Shown: piece after piece, positions 8,992 to 21,268 of the stretch
Layout of the letters: every line of letters begins with the position of its first letter
Numbering within the stretch: position 1 is the first letter of the stretch
Source of the DNA: Gammaproteobacteria bacterium
GTDB taxonomy: Bacteria; Pseudomonadota; Gammaproteobacteria; Xanthomonadales; Xanthomonadaceae
DNA length: 44,114 nt
NCBI GenBank assembly: GCA_012515985.1
Contig: JAAYXJ010000197.1
Location: 1 to 44,114, forward strand
Direction: 5' to 3'
Notes under the pieces: generated by a model
Database searches by the model: none
Seen by the model: only the letters and a program-made list of their open reading frames with translations
What the model was told of the DNA's origin: nothing
Made by a program: the position numbers and the translations under genes

Positions 8992-10968
8992 CTACAGGAT
9001 GGGAGCCAGCCCGGCTCCGAACGCGGTGGTGATGCGGGTCAGGATGCTGCGCCAGCCCAGGTTGACCTCGGGGAAGTCGCCCACCGGCTCGTGGCACTGG
9101 CGGAAATCCGCATCGCCCGGCATCGGCGGCGGCAGCGGACAGTCGGGTCCGGGCTCGAACTGGTAGCTGGTGGCGTACCGCCGCGGCCAGAAGTCGAACA
9201 GCGGCAGGTGCTCGAACACCTTCCCGATCGAATATCCAAGCCCGGACAGCACCGGCGGCCGGTCGCGCGGGCCGATCGCCCACGAGTTCCCGGGAGCGAT
9301 GTCGCGGCGGATGCTCTCCGCAAGGGCGCCGGCGAAGGCGGGATCATCGATCACCAGCGCGCTCTCGGTATTGAGGTTGTCGCCGCGCGGATCAAAGTTG
9401 TGGGTGCCCACGATCCCAAAGCGCCCGTCCACCACCAGCGACTTGGAGTGCAGGCCGATGCGTACCCCCGCCCGGCGCAGCGGCACCGGCTCGTTGACGC
9501 CGATGCCGGCCCAGCGCAGGGCCGAGTACTCGCGCTCCAGCGGCGTGCTGCGGCCTGGCGGCTCCTGCTCCCGGTCCTGCCACTGCGCCTGGCCTTGGGC
9601 CGGCGCCGGCTCCACCGCCACCCCGGGGCCGGGCCAGCGCGGCCGGACCTGGACGCTGCCGTCGGGATTGACGGCGATGTCGACCGCGCCGGTGGCGTCC
9701 ACGTCCACCGGCGCATCGAGCGGGAACGGCTTGTATTCGTAGATCCGGAACCCGTAGTCGCGCAGGTGCCGGCGCCGGTACTTGTAGGACAGCGCGTAGG
9801 TGATGAAGGAGTCGGTGGCCGCCAGGCTGTTGGTGGACACCACCACGCGCGGACCGTCCGCGCGCGCGTGCAGGGCTTCGAACATCTCCCGCGCCGGCCG
9901 CGAAAGCACCAGGTAGGGCGTCTGCAGCAGCACCTCTTCCTGCGCTCCCTCGATGATTTCCCGCAGCCGCGTGCTTGCGGGCGCCTCGTCCTCCCAGGCG
10001 GCGCGGTGCTTTTCCGGCGGATCGGCAATGAATTCGACCTCGCCCACCCCGATCGCCGCCGCGGCGATGCGGCTGGACACCAGCTGCGCATCATCGGCGT
10101 CGCGGGAGATGGCCTCCACCCGCTGCGGCATCCGGAACCGGGCGGGACCCAGGCCGGGGGCGCCGTGGCGCAGCAGGTGCCGCGCCACGTCGGTGAGTTC
10201 GGCAAGCGGCACCGCGCGCGGCGAGTTCCAGAAATCCTCGAAGTTGGCCGCCATCCCGGCGGTCACCGGCCCGGCCACCAGGATGTCGCGGTCGCGGAAG
10301 TTGAAGTCGGGGTCCCAGTCGAAATAGCGGTCCTGGTAGTTGCGCCCGCCGGTGATGCCGACCACCCCGTCGATCAGGAACTCCTTGTTGTGCATGCGCC
10401 GGTTGAGCTGGCGCCAGCAGCAGGCGGCGGCCAGCACATACTGCGGATAGCTCAGCCGCGCGCGTCCCAGCACCGGGTTGTAGATGCGCATCTGGAAGTT
10501 GGCATGCGAGGAGGCCAGCGCAGCCAGGGTGTCCACCCGGCGCAGCGCCGACAGCTGGTCCACCAGCACCCGCACCGCCACCCCGCGGCGCGCGGCGGCG
10601 AGCAGCTCGTCGATCACCAGCCGCCCGGCGTCGTCCTCGTCGAAGATGTAGGTCTGCAGGTCGATGCTGTGGCGGGCACCGCGGATCAGGTCCAGGCGCG
10701 CGGCCAGGGCGTCCTGGCCGAAGTCCAGCAGCAGCACCTTGTGGTGCGGCGCGCCCGGGCTGCTCTGCGCCCACGCCTGCACAGCCAGCGCGCGCAGGGG
10801 CGAAGGCCGCGCGCAGGCCGTTTCCGGGCGGTCGCATTCCACGGCCACGTCGCGGGCCTGGGCGGCGATCTGCACGGCCTGGTCGCGCTGCAGCTCCGAC
10901 AGCCCCGCGCACCCCGCCAGCGCCGGCAACAGCAGCGCCAGCCACAGCCATCGCAGGGGCCGGCTCAT
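8992..10968 (-). CDS. phospholipase D family lipoprotein (cardiolipin synthase ClsC-like)
   Basis: Two HKD motifs (HNKEFLID, HSKSLVVD), GGRN, STNSLAATD; lipobox LAGC; ATG 10968 overlaps the stop of the YceI gene. Confidence 0.88.
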   Translation of the reverse strand: MSRPLRWLWLALLLPALAGCAGLSELQRDQAVQIAAQARDVAVECDRPETACARPSPLRALAVQAWAQSSPGAPHHKVLLLDFGQDALAARLDLIRGARHSIDLQTYIFDEDDAGRLVIDELLAAARRGVAVRVLVDQLSALRRVDTLAALASSHANFQMRIYNPVLGRARLSYPQYVLAAACCWRQLNRRMHNKEFLIDGVVGITGGRNYQDRYFDWDPDFNFRDRDILVAGPVTAGMAANFEDFWNSPRAVPLAELTDVARHLLRHGAPGLGPARFRMPQRVEAISRDADDAQLVSSRIAAAAIGVGEVEFIADPPEKHRAAWEDEAPASTRLREIIEGAQEEVLLQTPYLVLSRPAREMFEALHARADGPRVVVSTNSLAATDSFITYALSYKYRRRHLRDYGFRIYEYKPFPLDAPVDVDATGAVDIAVNPDGSVQVRPRWPGPGVAVEPAPAQGQAQWQDREQEPPGRSTPLEREYSALRWAGIGVNEPVPLRRAGVRIGLHSKSLVVDGRFGIVGTHNFDPRGDNLNTESALVIDDPAFAGALAESIRRDIAPGNSWAIGPRDRPPVLSGLGYSIGKVFEHLPLFDFWPRRYATSYQFEPGPDCPLPPPMPGDADFRQCHEPVGDFPEVNLGWRSILTRITTAFGAGLAPIL

Positions 10969-11543
10969 GTCGTGGCCGGCTCGCGTGCCCACAGGCTCAG
11001 GTGGAACCGGACCGTGTCGCCCAGCGCCAGGGCCCAGCGGTCCATGCCGTAATCGGCGCGCGACACCTCGCCTTCCACCACCACCGGACAATCCAGCAGC
11101 GGCCGCATGCAGCTGGCCGGCACCACGTGGAACACCTCCCCGCGGCGCAGGCCGCGCATGCCGACGATGCCGGCCAGATCGCCGCCCTCGCGCAGCAGCG
11201 CGGGCGGGAAGGGGTCGGACTGGAGCTCCATGTCCGGCCAGCGGCGCACGTGGAAGAAGCTCTCGCCGCGGGTCAGGCGGGTGTAGCGCGGGTGGCCGAC
11301 GATCTCCACCTCGCGCGCGTCGACCAGCATGCGCACCTGCCACTGGCCGCCGGGCATCTCCACGACCTGCCCGCGCCAGGCCGGCAGGCGGCCCTCCAGG
11401 ACCTGGCCCCAGCGGGTCTGCAGGCTGAAGCCGACCTGCGAGGCAGCGGCGTCGATCTCAAGCACCTGCCCGCCGGCGATCCCCGCCGGGACCGGCAGGG
11501 GCAGCAGCAGGCACAGGCCCAGCAGGCCGGCATGCGGCTTCAC
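10965..11543 (-). CDS. YceI-family (polyisoprenoid-binding) periplasmic protein
   Basis: Signal peptide, IDAAASQVGF, FFHVRRWP, SRADYGM; GTG start overlaps the sixA stop (GTGA). Confidence 0.75.
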   Translation of the reverse strand: MKPHAGLLGLCLLLPLPVPAGIAGGQVLEIDAAASQVGFSLQTRWGQVLEGRLPAWRGQVVEMPGGQWQVRMLVDAREVEIVGHPRYTRLTRGESFFHVRRWPDMELQSDPFPPALLREGGDLAGIVGMRGLRRGEVFHVVPASCMRPLLDCPVVVEGEVSRADYGMDRWALALGDTVRFHLSLWAREPATT

Positions 11544-12016
11544 GGCCACCAGAATGCGGACAGGCTGGCGGCACCGGGCTCGACCGGCCCCTCCCCGCCA
11601 AACTCCAGCACCGCGATGCCAGCCGGCGGCATCCCGCGGAACTGGCTGGACTGGCCGCTGTTGAGCAGCGCCACCAGCCGTTCCAGGCCCGGGTTGTGGC
11701 CCACCAGCAGCAGCCGGTCCACCTCGCGGTAGGCGTCGATCACGGAGGCGAGGGTGCCGGGGGTGGCCTCGTAGATGCGCTCCTCGAGCCGCTGGTCGAC
11801 GTAGCCCAGCACCGAGAGCACCGTCTCCAGGGTCTCGCGGGTGCGGCGCGCCGGCGAACACAGCACGCAGTCCGGTGCCAGCCGGCGTTCGGCAAGCCAG
11901 CGCGCCGCAGCCTCGGCCTCGGCGAGGCCGTCGGGCGATAGCGGCCGGTCCAGGTCGGACTGGCCCAGCACGGCCGGCTCGGCGTGGGCGTGGCGCAGCA
12001 GGATTAGTTCGCGCAT
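11540..12016 (-). CDS. sixA: phosphohistidine phosphatase SixA family
   Basis: LLRHA, DRPLS, SPARRTRET, LVGHNP; 158 aa. Confidence 0.88.
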   Translation of the reverse strand: MRELILLRHAHAEPAVLGQSDLDRPLSPDGLAEAEAAARWLAERRLAPDCVLCSPARRTRETLETVLSVLGYVDQRLEERIYEATPGTLASVIDAYREVDRLLLVGHNPGLERLVALLNSGQSSQFRGMPPAGIAVLEFGGEGPVEPGAASLSAFWWP

Positions 12017-12027
12017 GGCCGGCTCCG

Positions 12028-12660
12028 TCAGCGCTCCAGCCAGCGCAGCAGCGGACGCCAGTCTTCCTGGTGCTCGCGCGCCTTGCGCGACTGGTAGTCG
12101 AACAGGCTCTTGCCCAGCCCCACCAGCACCACGTAGGCCTGGCTGTCGCGCAGTTGGGCGACGGTGGGATAGGGCCACTGCGTGATCGCGTCCAGCGCGC
12201 GCTGCGAGGTGTTGGTCCAGGGCCGCAGGCGGTTGGCGACCAGCCCCACGGGCAGCCGGCCGTCGCGCACCCGCGGGTGCTCAACCAGCGTGTTGAGGAA
12301 CGGCACGGTCGCGTCCAGGTCCAGCGTGGATGGCAGGACCGGCACCACCACCGCGTCGGCTTCGTCCAGCCAGGTTTCCAGATCGCGGCCCATGGCGCCG
12401 GCGGCGCCATCGACCACGACCTGGTCGGTGTCCGCGGGAATCGATTGCCAGGCGCGCCGGGCGCGGCGGCTGCCGTCCAGGGCCAGCACCGCGCTCTGCA
12501 TCGGTGAGCGGCGCCCGGCCCAGCGCATCGAGGAACCCTGCGGATCGGCATCGATGAGCACGGTGTTGTGGCCCGACAGCGCCGCATGCGCGGCGAGGTG
12601 GGTGGCGACCGTGGTCTTGCCCACGCCGCCCTTGGAACTGGCCACCAGTACCGTTTTCAT
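12028..12660 (-). CDS. orphan ParA/MinD-family ATPase
   Basis: Deviant Walker A KGGVGKTT, IDADPQGS, VVVD; GGAGG upstream. Confidence 0.9.
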   Translation of the reverse strand: MKTVLVASSKGGVGKTTVATHLAAHAALSGHNTVLIDADPQGSSMRWAGRRSPMQSAVLALDGSRRARRAWQSIPADTDQVVVDGAAGAMGRDLETWLDEADAVVVPVLPSTLDLDATVPFLNTLVEHPRVRDGRLPVGLVANRLRPWTNTSQRALDAITQWPYPTVAQLRDSQAYVVLVGLGKSLFDYQSRKAREHQEDWRPLLRWLER

Positions 12661-12768
12661 CCGCACGCCTCCGGCAGGACAGGTCCATCGAGGTTACACC
12701 GCGCCAGCGGTGGCGGCGAGCCGGGGGTCTGCTATCTTTCGCCGCCTTTGGACGAGCTTCCGGGCGCC

Positions 12769-14253
<1,485 letters not shown>

Positions 14254-14364
14254 AAAAACCGCACCTCTGCGTCGCCGCCCACCGCCGGCCTGGTGACCAC
14301 GTTGATCACTACCGAATCACCATCGGTAAGAACCTCCACCCTGTTGGAATTGGGCAGGTATTGA

Positions 14365-14706
14365 TCAACGGTCGTAAGCAGCCACGCGGGAACGGCGGCG
14401 CGATGCAAACATGCTGGCGCAATATGCAGCCCCAAACGCGCCAATGGCCACGTGCAGGCAGAGGGCGAGCCAGTACGCCGTAGTGCGAACCGCGGGCGCG
14501 GGCATCGCCAGGTGCTGCAGGGCTTCGGGCAGTTCAGGCTGGAAGGCGTCGACCGCGACCATGGCGACGAACGCCAGCGATGCCACGATCCCGCTTCCCC
14601 AGCCGGCAGCCTCCGCCAGGCGCGGAACCCACCCATGGGCCAGCCAGGCCAGGATGCCGACCGACAGGCTCGCCCCGATCAGGTGTGGAAAGAAATCCAG
14701 GCCCAT
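14365..14706 (-). CDS. small hypothetical membrane protein (113 aa, about 3 TM)
   Basis: AAGGAGG RBS before ATG 14706; three hydrophobic segments. Confidence 0.65.
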   Translation of the reverse strand: MGLDFFPHLIGASLSVGILAWLAHGWVPRLAEAAGWGSGIVASLAFVAMVAVDAFQPELPEALQHLAMPAPAVRTTAYWLALCLHVAIGAFGAAYCASMFASRRRSRVAAYDR

Positions 14707-14912
14707 GCGTACAGCCTCCTTGCGTGGAAAAACGCGACGTCCGGATTCACCGCATTGTGCCGCCGGGTCAAACCCGCACCATTGCAAGCGCATGCGCGGA
14801 CAGGCCCCCGCCGGCTGCGTGCGGGCACGCGGCCCAACCTCCGGCCTATGGCGCCGGGAACGATCCGCGGTCACGATGTTCCAAGGGAAGGTGCCCCAGG
14901 GGACGGGATGCA

Positions 14913-15585
<673 letters not shown>

Positions 15586-15602
<17 letters not shown>

Positions 15603-16578
15603 ACTCGCCGCCATCCTGGCGCTGGGCGCCATGGTGCTGCCCGCCTCCGCGCGCACCCTGCTGCTCACCGGCGAGGTGCGCGCGGTCGATGCCCAGCAGA
15701 TCATCACCCCACACGCCAACTCGTCGCCGGTGGTCATCCGGTATTTCATCCCCGAGGGCGAGCCGGTCAAGGCCGGGGAGGTGGTGTTGCGGGTCGATCC
15801 CGGGCAGTCGGCCGCGCAGATCCCCGAGCTGGAGGCACAAATCGAGCAGACCCGCGCACGGGTGGCCAAGGAGGTGGCCGAGCTGGAAGTGAAGGCGGTG
15901 GACGCCGAACTGGCGCTGGTTGACGCCGAGGCCGAGCTCGCCAGCGCCAGGCTTGATGCGTCGATCCCGGCGGACCTGATTTCCGGGCTGGACTACGACC
16001 GCCACCAGGGCGAACTGGACCGCACCACCCGCGAGGCCGAACTCAAGCGCCGCGAACTGGACTCCGCGCGCGAGGCGGTCCGGCGCCGCCAGGCCGACGG
16101 CGCGCTCGAGATCGAAAAGCTCACCGTCCAGCGGGACTACCACGCTGCCCTGGTGGCCACCGCCGAGGTCCGCGCGGACCGGGACGGCATCGTCGTCCAC
16201 GGCTTCAACAACAACTGGATCGGCGGGCGCATCGACGAGGGGTCTTCCACCATGCCGGGCAGCACCGCCGGCGAGGTGGTGAGCGGCGGCGACATGCGGG
16301 TGCAGGCCTGGGTGCTTGAATCGGACCGGCGCGGCCTGCGGGCCGGGCAGCCGGTGCAGCTCAGCTTCGACGCGCTGCCGGGGCGCCAGGTGGCCGGCAC
16401 CATCGCCGCGGTGTCGGGGGCGCCGGAACGGCGGCCGGAATGGGGAGAGGGCCGCTGGTTCAGCGTGGACGTGGACTTCGACGGCGAAGGCCTGCGGCTG
16501 CTGCCGGGAATGAGCGCGCGGGTGGTGGCCCGCCCGGCTCCCGCGGATGCCGGCTCCGACGCGGGGGCCGCCCGGTGA
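15586..16578 (+). CDS. periplasmic adaptor (HlyD/MFP) 1
   Basis: Signal peptide (ASA), EGEPVKAGEVV lipoyl half, long alpha-hairpin, ADRDGIV, LLPGMSARV. Confidence 0.85.
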
Positions 16579-17546
16579 AGCGTCGCACCGGCTTCCTGCT
16601 GGCGCTGCTCCTGGCCGTCCCGGTGGCTGCACAGGCGCCCGCGATGCTGCGCATCGACGGCGAGGTCTATGCCCGCCGCACCGCGCCGCTGATGCCGCCG
16701 GCAATTGACCGCATGTGGCAGTTCAACATCACTCAGCTCGCCCCCGACGGTGACCCGGTTGAAGAGGGGCAGATGGTGGTGGCCTTTGATTCCAGCCAGG
16801 TCGCGCGCGAGCTGACCGAGAAACAGAGCCAGCTGGAGGCCAAGCGCCGGGAGATGGAGAAGCTGGAGCTGGACCTGGCCGAGCGCACCCGCAGCGAAGG
16901 CCTGGCCACCGCATCGGCCAGGGCCGAGCTGGAAAAGGCCCAGCGCAAGACCGAGCAGCCGGAGGAGCTGGTGGCCGCGCTGGAGTACGCCAAGCTGGTG
17001 GAGCAGCGCCGGCGCGCCGAGCGCCGCGCCGCCCTGGCCGAGCGCCGGGAGGCGCTGGCTGCGGAGCAGCGTCGCCAGGAGCGCCGCCTGACCGCCTCCG
17101 AGCTGGCCCAGCTGGAGGCCGACGTGGCGCGCCTGCAGGCCTCGCTCGCGGCACTCACCCTGCCGGCCCCGCGGTCGGGAGTGATGATGCACCGCAGCAG
17201 CTGGAGCGGCGAGAAGTTCGACGTGGGGTCCCAGGTCTGGCTGGGCCAGACCGTGGCCGAGATTCCCGATACCACCTCGCTGGCGGTACGCGCCGAACTG
17301 CCCGAGCGCGACCTGCTCCGGGTGGCGGTGGGCGCACCGGCGCGGATCGTGGTCGAGGGCGGTGGCGGCAGCGTGCACCGCGGCACGGTGGCCGCGATCG
17401 GCCGGGCGGTGCGCAGCAAGTCCCAGGTCCAGCCGATCCCGGTGCTTGACCTGGAGATCGATCTCGACGATCCGGGCGCGGCCCTGCGCCCGGGCCAGTC
17501 GGTGCGCGTGGAACTCGCCGCCGGCGCCGGGGGTGCGGGCCGATGA
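16575..17546 (+). CDS. periplasmic adaptor (HlyD/MFP) 2
   Basis: GTG start overlapping the previous stop; signal peptide; DGDPVEEGQMV, coiled coil, APRSGV, LRPGQSVRV. Confidence 0.85.
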   Translation: MKRRTGFLLALLLAVPVAAQAPAMLRIDGEVYARRTAPLMPPAIDRMWQFNITQLAPDGDPVEEGQMVVAFDSSQVARELTEKQSQLEAKRREMEKLELDLAERTRSEGLATASARAELEKAQRKTEQPEELVAALEYAKLVEQRRRAERRAALAERREALAAEQRRQERRLTASELAQLEADVARLQASLAALTLPAPRSGVMMHRSSWSGEKFDVGSQVWLGQTVAEIPDTTSLAVRAELPERDLLRVAVGAPARIVVEGGGGSVHRGTVAAIGRAVRSKSQVQPIPVLDLEIDLDDPGAALRPGQSVRVELAAGAGGAGR

Positions 17547-18805
17547 GGCGCCTGGCCACCCCGCTCCTGCTGGCACTGGCGCTGGCGGCCTGCGGCCGCG
17601 ACGGGCTGCCCGCGGCCACCGAAACCGTGGTCGAATCCGAGCTCGTGCTGAGCGTGCGCGGCGAGGGCGAACTCCGTTCCGCCCGCCCGACGCCGCTGAC
17701 CGTCCCGGGCCGCAACTGGTCCTCGCGGCGCGTCGAGTGGATGCTGGAAGAGGGTTCCGTGGTGAAGAAGGGCGACCTCCTGGCGCGCTTTTCCTCGCAG
17801 GAAAGCGAGCAGCAGCTGGCGCAGGCCCTGATCGAACTGCAGCGCAATGCGCTGGCGCGCGCGGCCAAGGAAGGCGAGCTGGAGACGGCCATCGGCCGGG
17901 TCGACGTGGACCTGTCGCAGGTGGCGGTGCAGCTGGGCATCGCCCGCCGCTACGCCGAGGCCGACCTGTCCGCGATCGCCCGCAACCAGATGCTCGATGC
18001 CGTGGAGGATGCGCGCTTCCTGGAAACCCGCCAGGACGTTCTGGAATGGCAGCGCGGCCAGTCGGGCACCCGCGGCGGGGCCGAGCTGGCGGTGCTCGAT
18101 GCCCAGCGCGCAACCCATGAGGTCAACGCCAGATCCCGCCAGGACGACCTGGACGCGCTGGAACTGCGCGCGCCCAATGACGGGGTACTGCTGCTGACGG
18201 CCAACTGGTCGGGTGAAAAGCCGGCCGTGGGTGCCAACCTGTTCGCCGGCTCGGAGTTCGGCAGCCTGCCCGATACCTCGGCCATGGAAGTGGAGATCGA
18301 CCTGCCGCAGATCGAGGCGCAGGGCGTGAGCGCCGGGATGGCGGTGGAGCTGCATCCGGTAGGCCACCCGGACCAGGTCATCACCAGCGAACTGGGCTGG
18401 GTGGCCAGTGCGGCAACCACCAAGAACCGGCAGAACCCGGTGCGCTACATCTCGATGCGCGCGCCGGTGCCGTCTGAGCGGATCACCCAGTTCGGGCTGG
18501 TACCGGGCCAGAAGTTCGCCGCCCGCGTGTTCCTCCTGCGCGAGCCCGCGCTGAGCGTGGCCAACGTGGCGGTGCAGCAGCGCGATGGCCGCAGCTTCGT
18601 GCAGGTGCGCAGGGGCCGGGGCTTCGAAGAGCGCGAGGTGCAACTGGGCATGCGCGGCACCGCCCGTTCCCAGGTGCTGTCGGGCCTGGAACCCGGCGAA
18701 GTGGTGCTGCTGGGCCCGGGCGGCGACGCCGCGGAGCTGCTCACGCCAGCGGCCGGCGATGCTGCCGCGCAGTCCACCGCCCCTGCCACGGAGCAGGGGC
18801 CATGA
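17543..18805 (+). CDS. periplasmic adaptor (MacA-like lipoprotein) 3
   Basis: Lipobox LAAC; EGSVVKKGDLL, APNDGV, C-terminal membrane-proximal motif REVQLG...VLSGLEPGEVV. Confidence 0.88.
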   Translation: MRRLATPLLLALALAACGRDGLPAATETVVESELVLSVRGEGELRSARPTPLTVPGRNWSSRRVEWMLEEGSVVKKGDLLARFSSQESEQQLAQALIELQRNALARAAKEGELETAIGRVDVDLSQVAVQLGIARRYAEADLSAIARNQMLDAVEDARFLETRQDVLEWQRGQSGTRGGAELAVLDAQRATHEVNARSRQDDLDALELRAPNDGVLLLTANWSGEKPAVGANLFAGSEFGSLPDTSAMEVEIDLPQIEAQGVSAGMAVELHPVGHPDQVITSELGWVASAATTKNRQNPVRYISMRAPVPSERITQFGLVPGQKFAARVFLLREPALSVANVAVQQRDGRSFVQVRRGRGFEEREVQLGMRGTARSQVLSGLEPGEVVLLGPGGDAAELLTPAAGDAAAQSTAPATEQGP

Positions 18806-20052
18806 ACGCGCTGATGTCCCGGCTGCCGACGATCTGGCGCGAGGCGGTCGAAGAACTGTGGCGGCGGCGCCTGCGCACCCTGCTGACCCTGCTCGGCCTG
18901 ATCTTCGGCGTCGGCGCGATCGTGGCCATGCAGGCGGTGGGCGAAGGCAGCCGCCGCGAGGCGCTGCGGCTGGTGGAAGGCCTGGGCCTGCACAACCTGA
19001 TCGCCGAAGCACGCCAGCAGGATGAGGCCACGCTGAAGGAAACCCGCCAGCGCAGCCTGGGCCTGACCGTGGCCGACGCCGACGCGGCGCTGGCCGTGGT
19101 GCCCGGTGCCGAACGCTGGGCGGCGGAGAAGCGCGTCCGCACCCATTCGGTGTTCAGCGACCACGGCAGCAGCGACGCCCAGGCCAGCGGGGTGAGCGCC
19201 GGCTGGTTCGACCTGTCTTCGCTGCCGGTCGCGGCCGGCCGCGCACTGGAGGCAGCCGACGAGGACGCGCTGGCCGCGGTTGCGGTGCTGGGCCACCAGG
19301 CCGCTGCCGACCTGTTCCCGGATGGCAACGCACTGGGCGGGCTGGTGAAGGTCAACCACGTCTGGCTCGAAGTCGTGGGCGTGCTGGCCGACCGCGACCT
19401 TGGCAAGGACAGCTTCGAAGGGGTGCAGCTGGGCGGCGAGAGCAACCGGGTATACCTGCCGCTGGCCAGCGCGCGGGCGCGGCTGCGCTTCCAGCCCCAG
19501 GAGGACGAGATCGACCGGTTCCTGCTGCGGCTGCAGGACCCGGCCGGCTTGGCCGCCGGCGCCGGCGTGCTGGCGGCGGTGCTCGACCGCCGCCACGCCG
19601 GCATCGCCGACTACCAGCTGGTGGTGCCGCAGCAGCTGTTCCAGCAGCACCAGCAGACCCAGCGCATCTTCCAGGTGGTGATGGGCGCGATCGCGGTGAT
19701 CAGCCTGGTGGTGGGCGGCATCGGCATCATGAACATCATGCTCGCCAACGTGCTCGAGCGCCGGCGCGAGATCGGCCTGCTGCGGGCGCTGGGCGCGCGC
19801 CGGCGCGACGTGATCGCCCAGTTCCTGCGCGAGGCCACGGTGATCTGCGTCACCGGCGCACTGCTTGGCCTGGTGTTCGGCGCCGTGCTGGCCTACCTGA
19901 TCGCGGCCTTCGCCGGCTGGCAGGTGGCGTGGGCGCCGATCCCGGTCCTGCTCTCGGCCGCGTTCTGCGCGCTGGTCGGCCTGGCCTTCGGCGTCTACCC
20001 GGCGCGCCAGGCCGCCCAGCTCGACCCGATCGCCGCGCTCCGGCACGAATAG
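18802..20052 (+). CDS. ABC transporter permease (MacB/FtsX family)
   Basis: RTLLTLLGLIFGVGA, GGIGIMNIML, ERRREIGLLRALGA, PARQAAQLDPIAALR. Confidence 0.93.
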   Translation: MNALMSRLPTIWREAVEELWRRRLRTLLTLLGLIFGVGAIVAMQAVGEGSRREALRLVEGLGLHNLIAEARQQDEATLKETRQRSLGLTVADADAALAVVPGAERWAAEKRVRTHSVFSDHGSSDAQASGVSAGWFDLSSLPVAAGRALEAADEDALAAVAVLGHQAAADLFPDGNALGGLVKVNHVWLEVVGVLADRDLGKDSFEGVQLGGESNRVYLPLASARARLRFQPQEDEIDRFLLRLQDPAGLAAGAGVLAAVLDRRHAGIADYQLVVPQQLFQQHQQTQRIFQVVMGAIAVISLVVGGIGIMNIMLANVLERRREIGLLRALGARRRDVIAQFLREATVICVTGALLGLVFGAVLAYLIAAFAGWQVAWAPIPVLLSAAFCALVGLAFGVYPARQAAQLDPIAALRHE

Positions 20053-20124
20053 AGGCATTCCCTCCCCACGGACAATGCGGGCCCGGCCATGACCGGGCGC
20101 CGGCGCAGGCTGCAGGCCGGGAAC

Positions 20125-21141
20125 TCAGCTGCGCGGGGGCTGCCAGCCGGCCGGGGGGTCGAGCGGGACGCCGGCTTCGGCCAGGATGCGCTCCACCAGA
20201 TCGTGCTCGGTGCGGATCTGCGGATCGGCCAGCAGCCGGACGAACTGCGGGGCGCCCTCGCGCGGCTGCGCGGCGCTGATCCGGCCCCATTCCAGCATCT
20301 GCCAGTCCATCCGCCGCCGCAGCGCCTGGGCCTCGGCGCGCTCGGAGGCGTTGGACGCCATGCGCGTGAGCAGGTCGATGCCGAGCATCCGGCCCAGGCT
20401 GGAGTCGGACGCGCCCACCAGCACCCGCGCCAGGTAGTCGCAGTCCGCGCGCCGCGAGGCGGTGGCGCGCAGCGCCGCTCCGTCGCAGGCCTCGGCCAGG
20501 TCCGGCAGGAACGGGATCGCCACCGCCGCCCACATCGCCATGCCGTTGATCGCCGCGTACTCCGCCACCGGCACTTCCCCGTCGGCAAACATGGCCGCGC
20601 GCTCGTTGGCGGTGGGCGGATGGGCCACCAGCCGCGACTGGATCCAGCGCACCTGGTCGTACATGTGCAGGTCGAAGCGGGAGAACGCGCGCGCATCGGC
20701 CAGCATGCTCTCCACGCCGTCCTCGAGGAACAGCCGCGGCCCGATGTTGTCCGGCTCGGCGCGGGCCCAGCGCTGTGCGGCCTGGCGGACAACCGGGTCG
20801 GCGTCACCTTCCGCGCCCATCATCAGCAGCGCATTGGCAAGCACGTCGTCGCCGGCCTGCGCGGCGGCGGCCGCGCGCCAGGCGCGCACATCGGCATCGC
20901 CTGCGGCCGGCCCGTCGGGCCCGTCGATAGCGATCCGGCGCAGCACCGCAGCCAGGGCCAGGTCACGCGCCTGTCCGCTGGCGGCGATCTGGCTGGCCAC
21001 CCGCTCGTGGTAGTTGCGCGCCACCCGTTCGGCGGCCACGGCCCGGGCCTGCTCCGCCTGCGCGGCGGGTTCCTGGGCACGAAGCGCCGGCGCCAGCGTG
21101 GAGAGGGCAGCGGCGGCAAGCAGGGCCAATCGGAACATCAT
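20125..21141 (-). CDS. hypothetical exported helical protein
   Basis: AGGAGG RBS; Sec-like signal MMFRLALLAAAAL...; GC3-rich; no recognised domain. Confidence 0.7.
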   Translation of the reverse strand: MMFRLALLAAAALSTLAPALRAQEPAAQAEQARAVAAERVARNYHERVASQIAASGQARDLALAAVLRRIAIDGPDGPAAGDADVRAWRAAAAAQAGDDVLANALLMMGAEGDADPVVRQAAQRWARAEPDNIGPRLFLEDGVESMLADARAFSRFDLHMYDQVRWIQSRLVAHPPTANERAAMFADGEVPVAEYAAINGMAMWAAVAIPFLPDLAEACDGAALRATASRRADCDYLARVLVGASDSSLGRMLGIDLLTRMASNASERAEAQALRRRMDWQMLEWGRISAAQPREGAPQFVRLLADPQIRTEHDLVERILAEAGVPLDPPAGWQPPRS

Positions 21142-21268
21142 CGGTGCAACCTCCTGTGTCGAATCCACGATACGGGACGCAAGGCCCCGCCGATCTGAAC
21201 GGAACCGGTGCAGCGCCGCAACCCCGGGGCGGCAGGCCTCCGCATTCCGGCGGGCACCCGCCAAGCCG

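Noticed and set aside
11119-11134. parS-like sequence GGCACCACGTGGAACA near the orphan parA
   Set aside because: Three mismatches to TGTTCCACGTGGAACA, all in one arm; single copy; explained by the codons for VFHVV; no parB nearby
10965-12587. 540-aa ORF suggesting a long YceI fusion
   Set aside because: The upstream part overlaps sixA and parA in other frames; the real gene starts at GTG 11543 with a signal peptide
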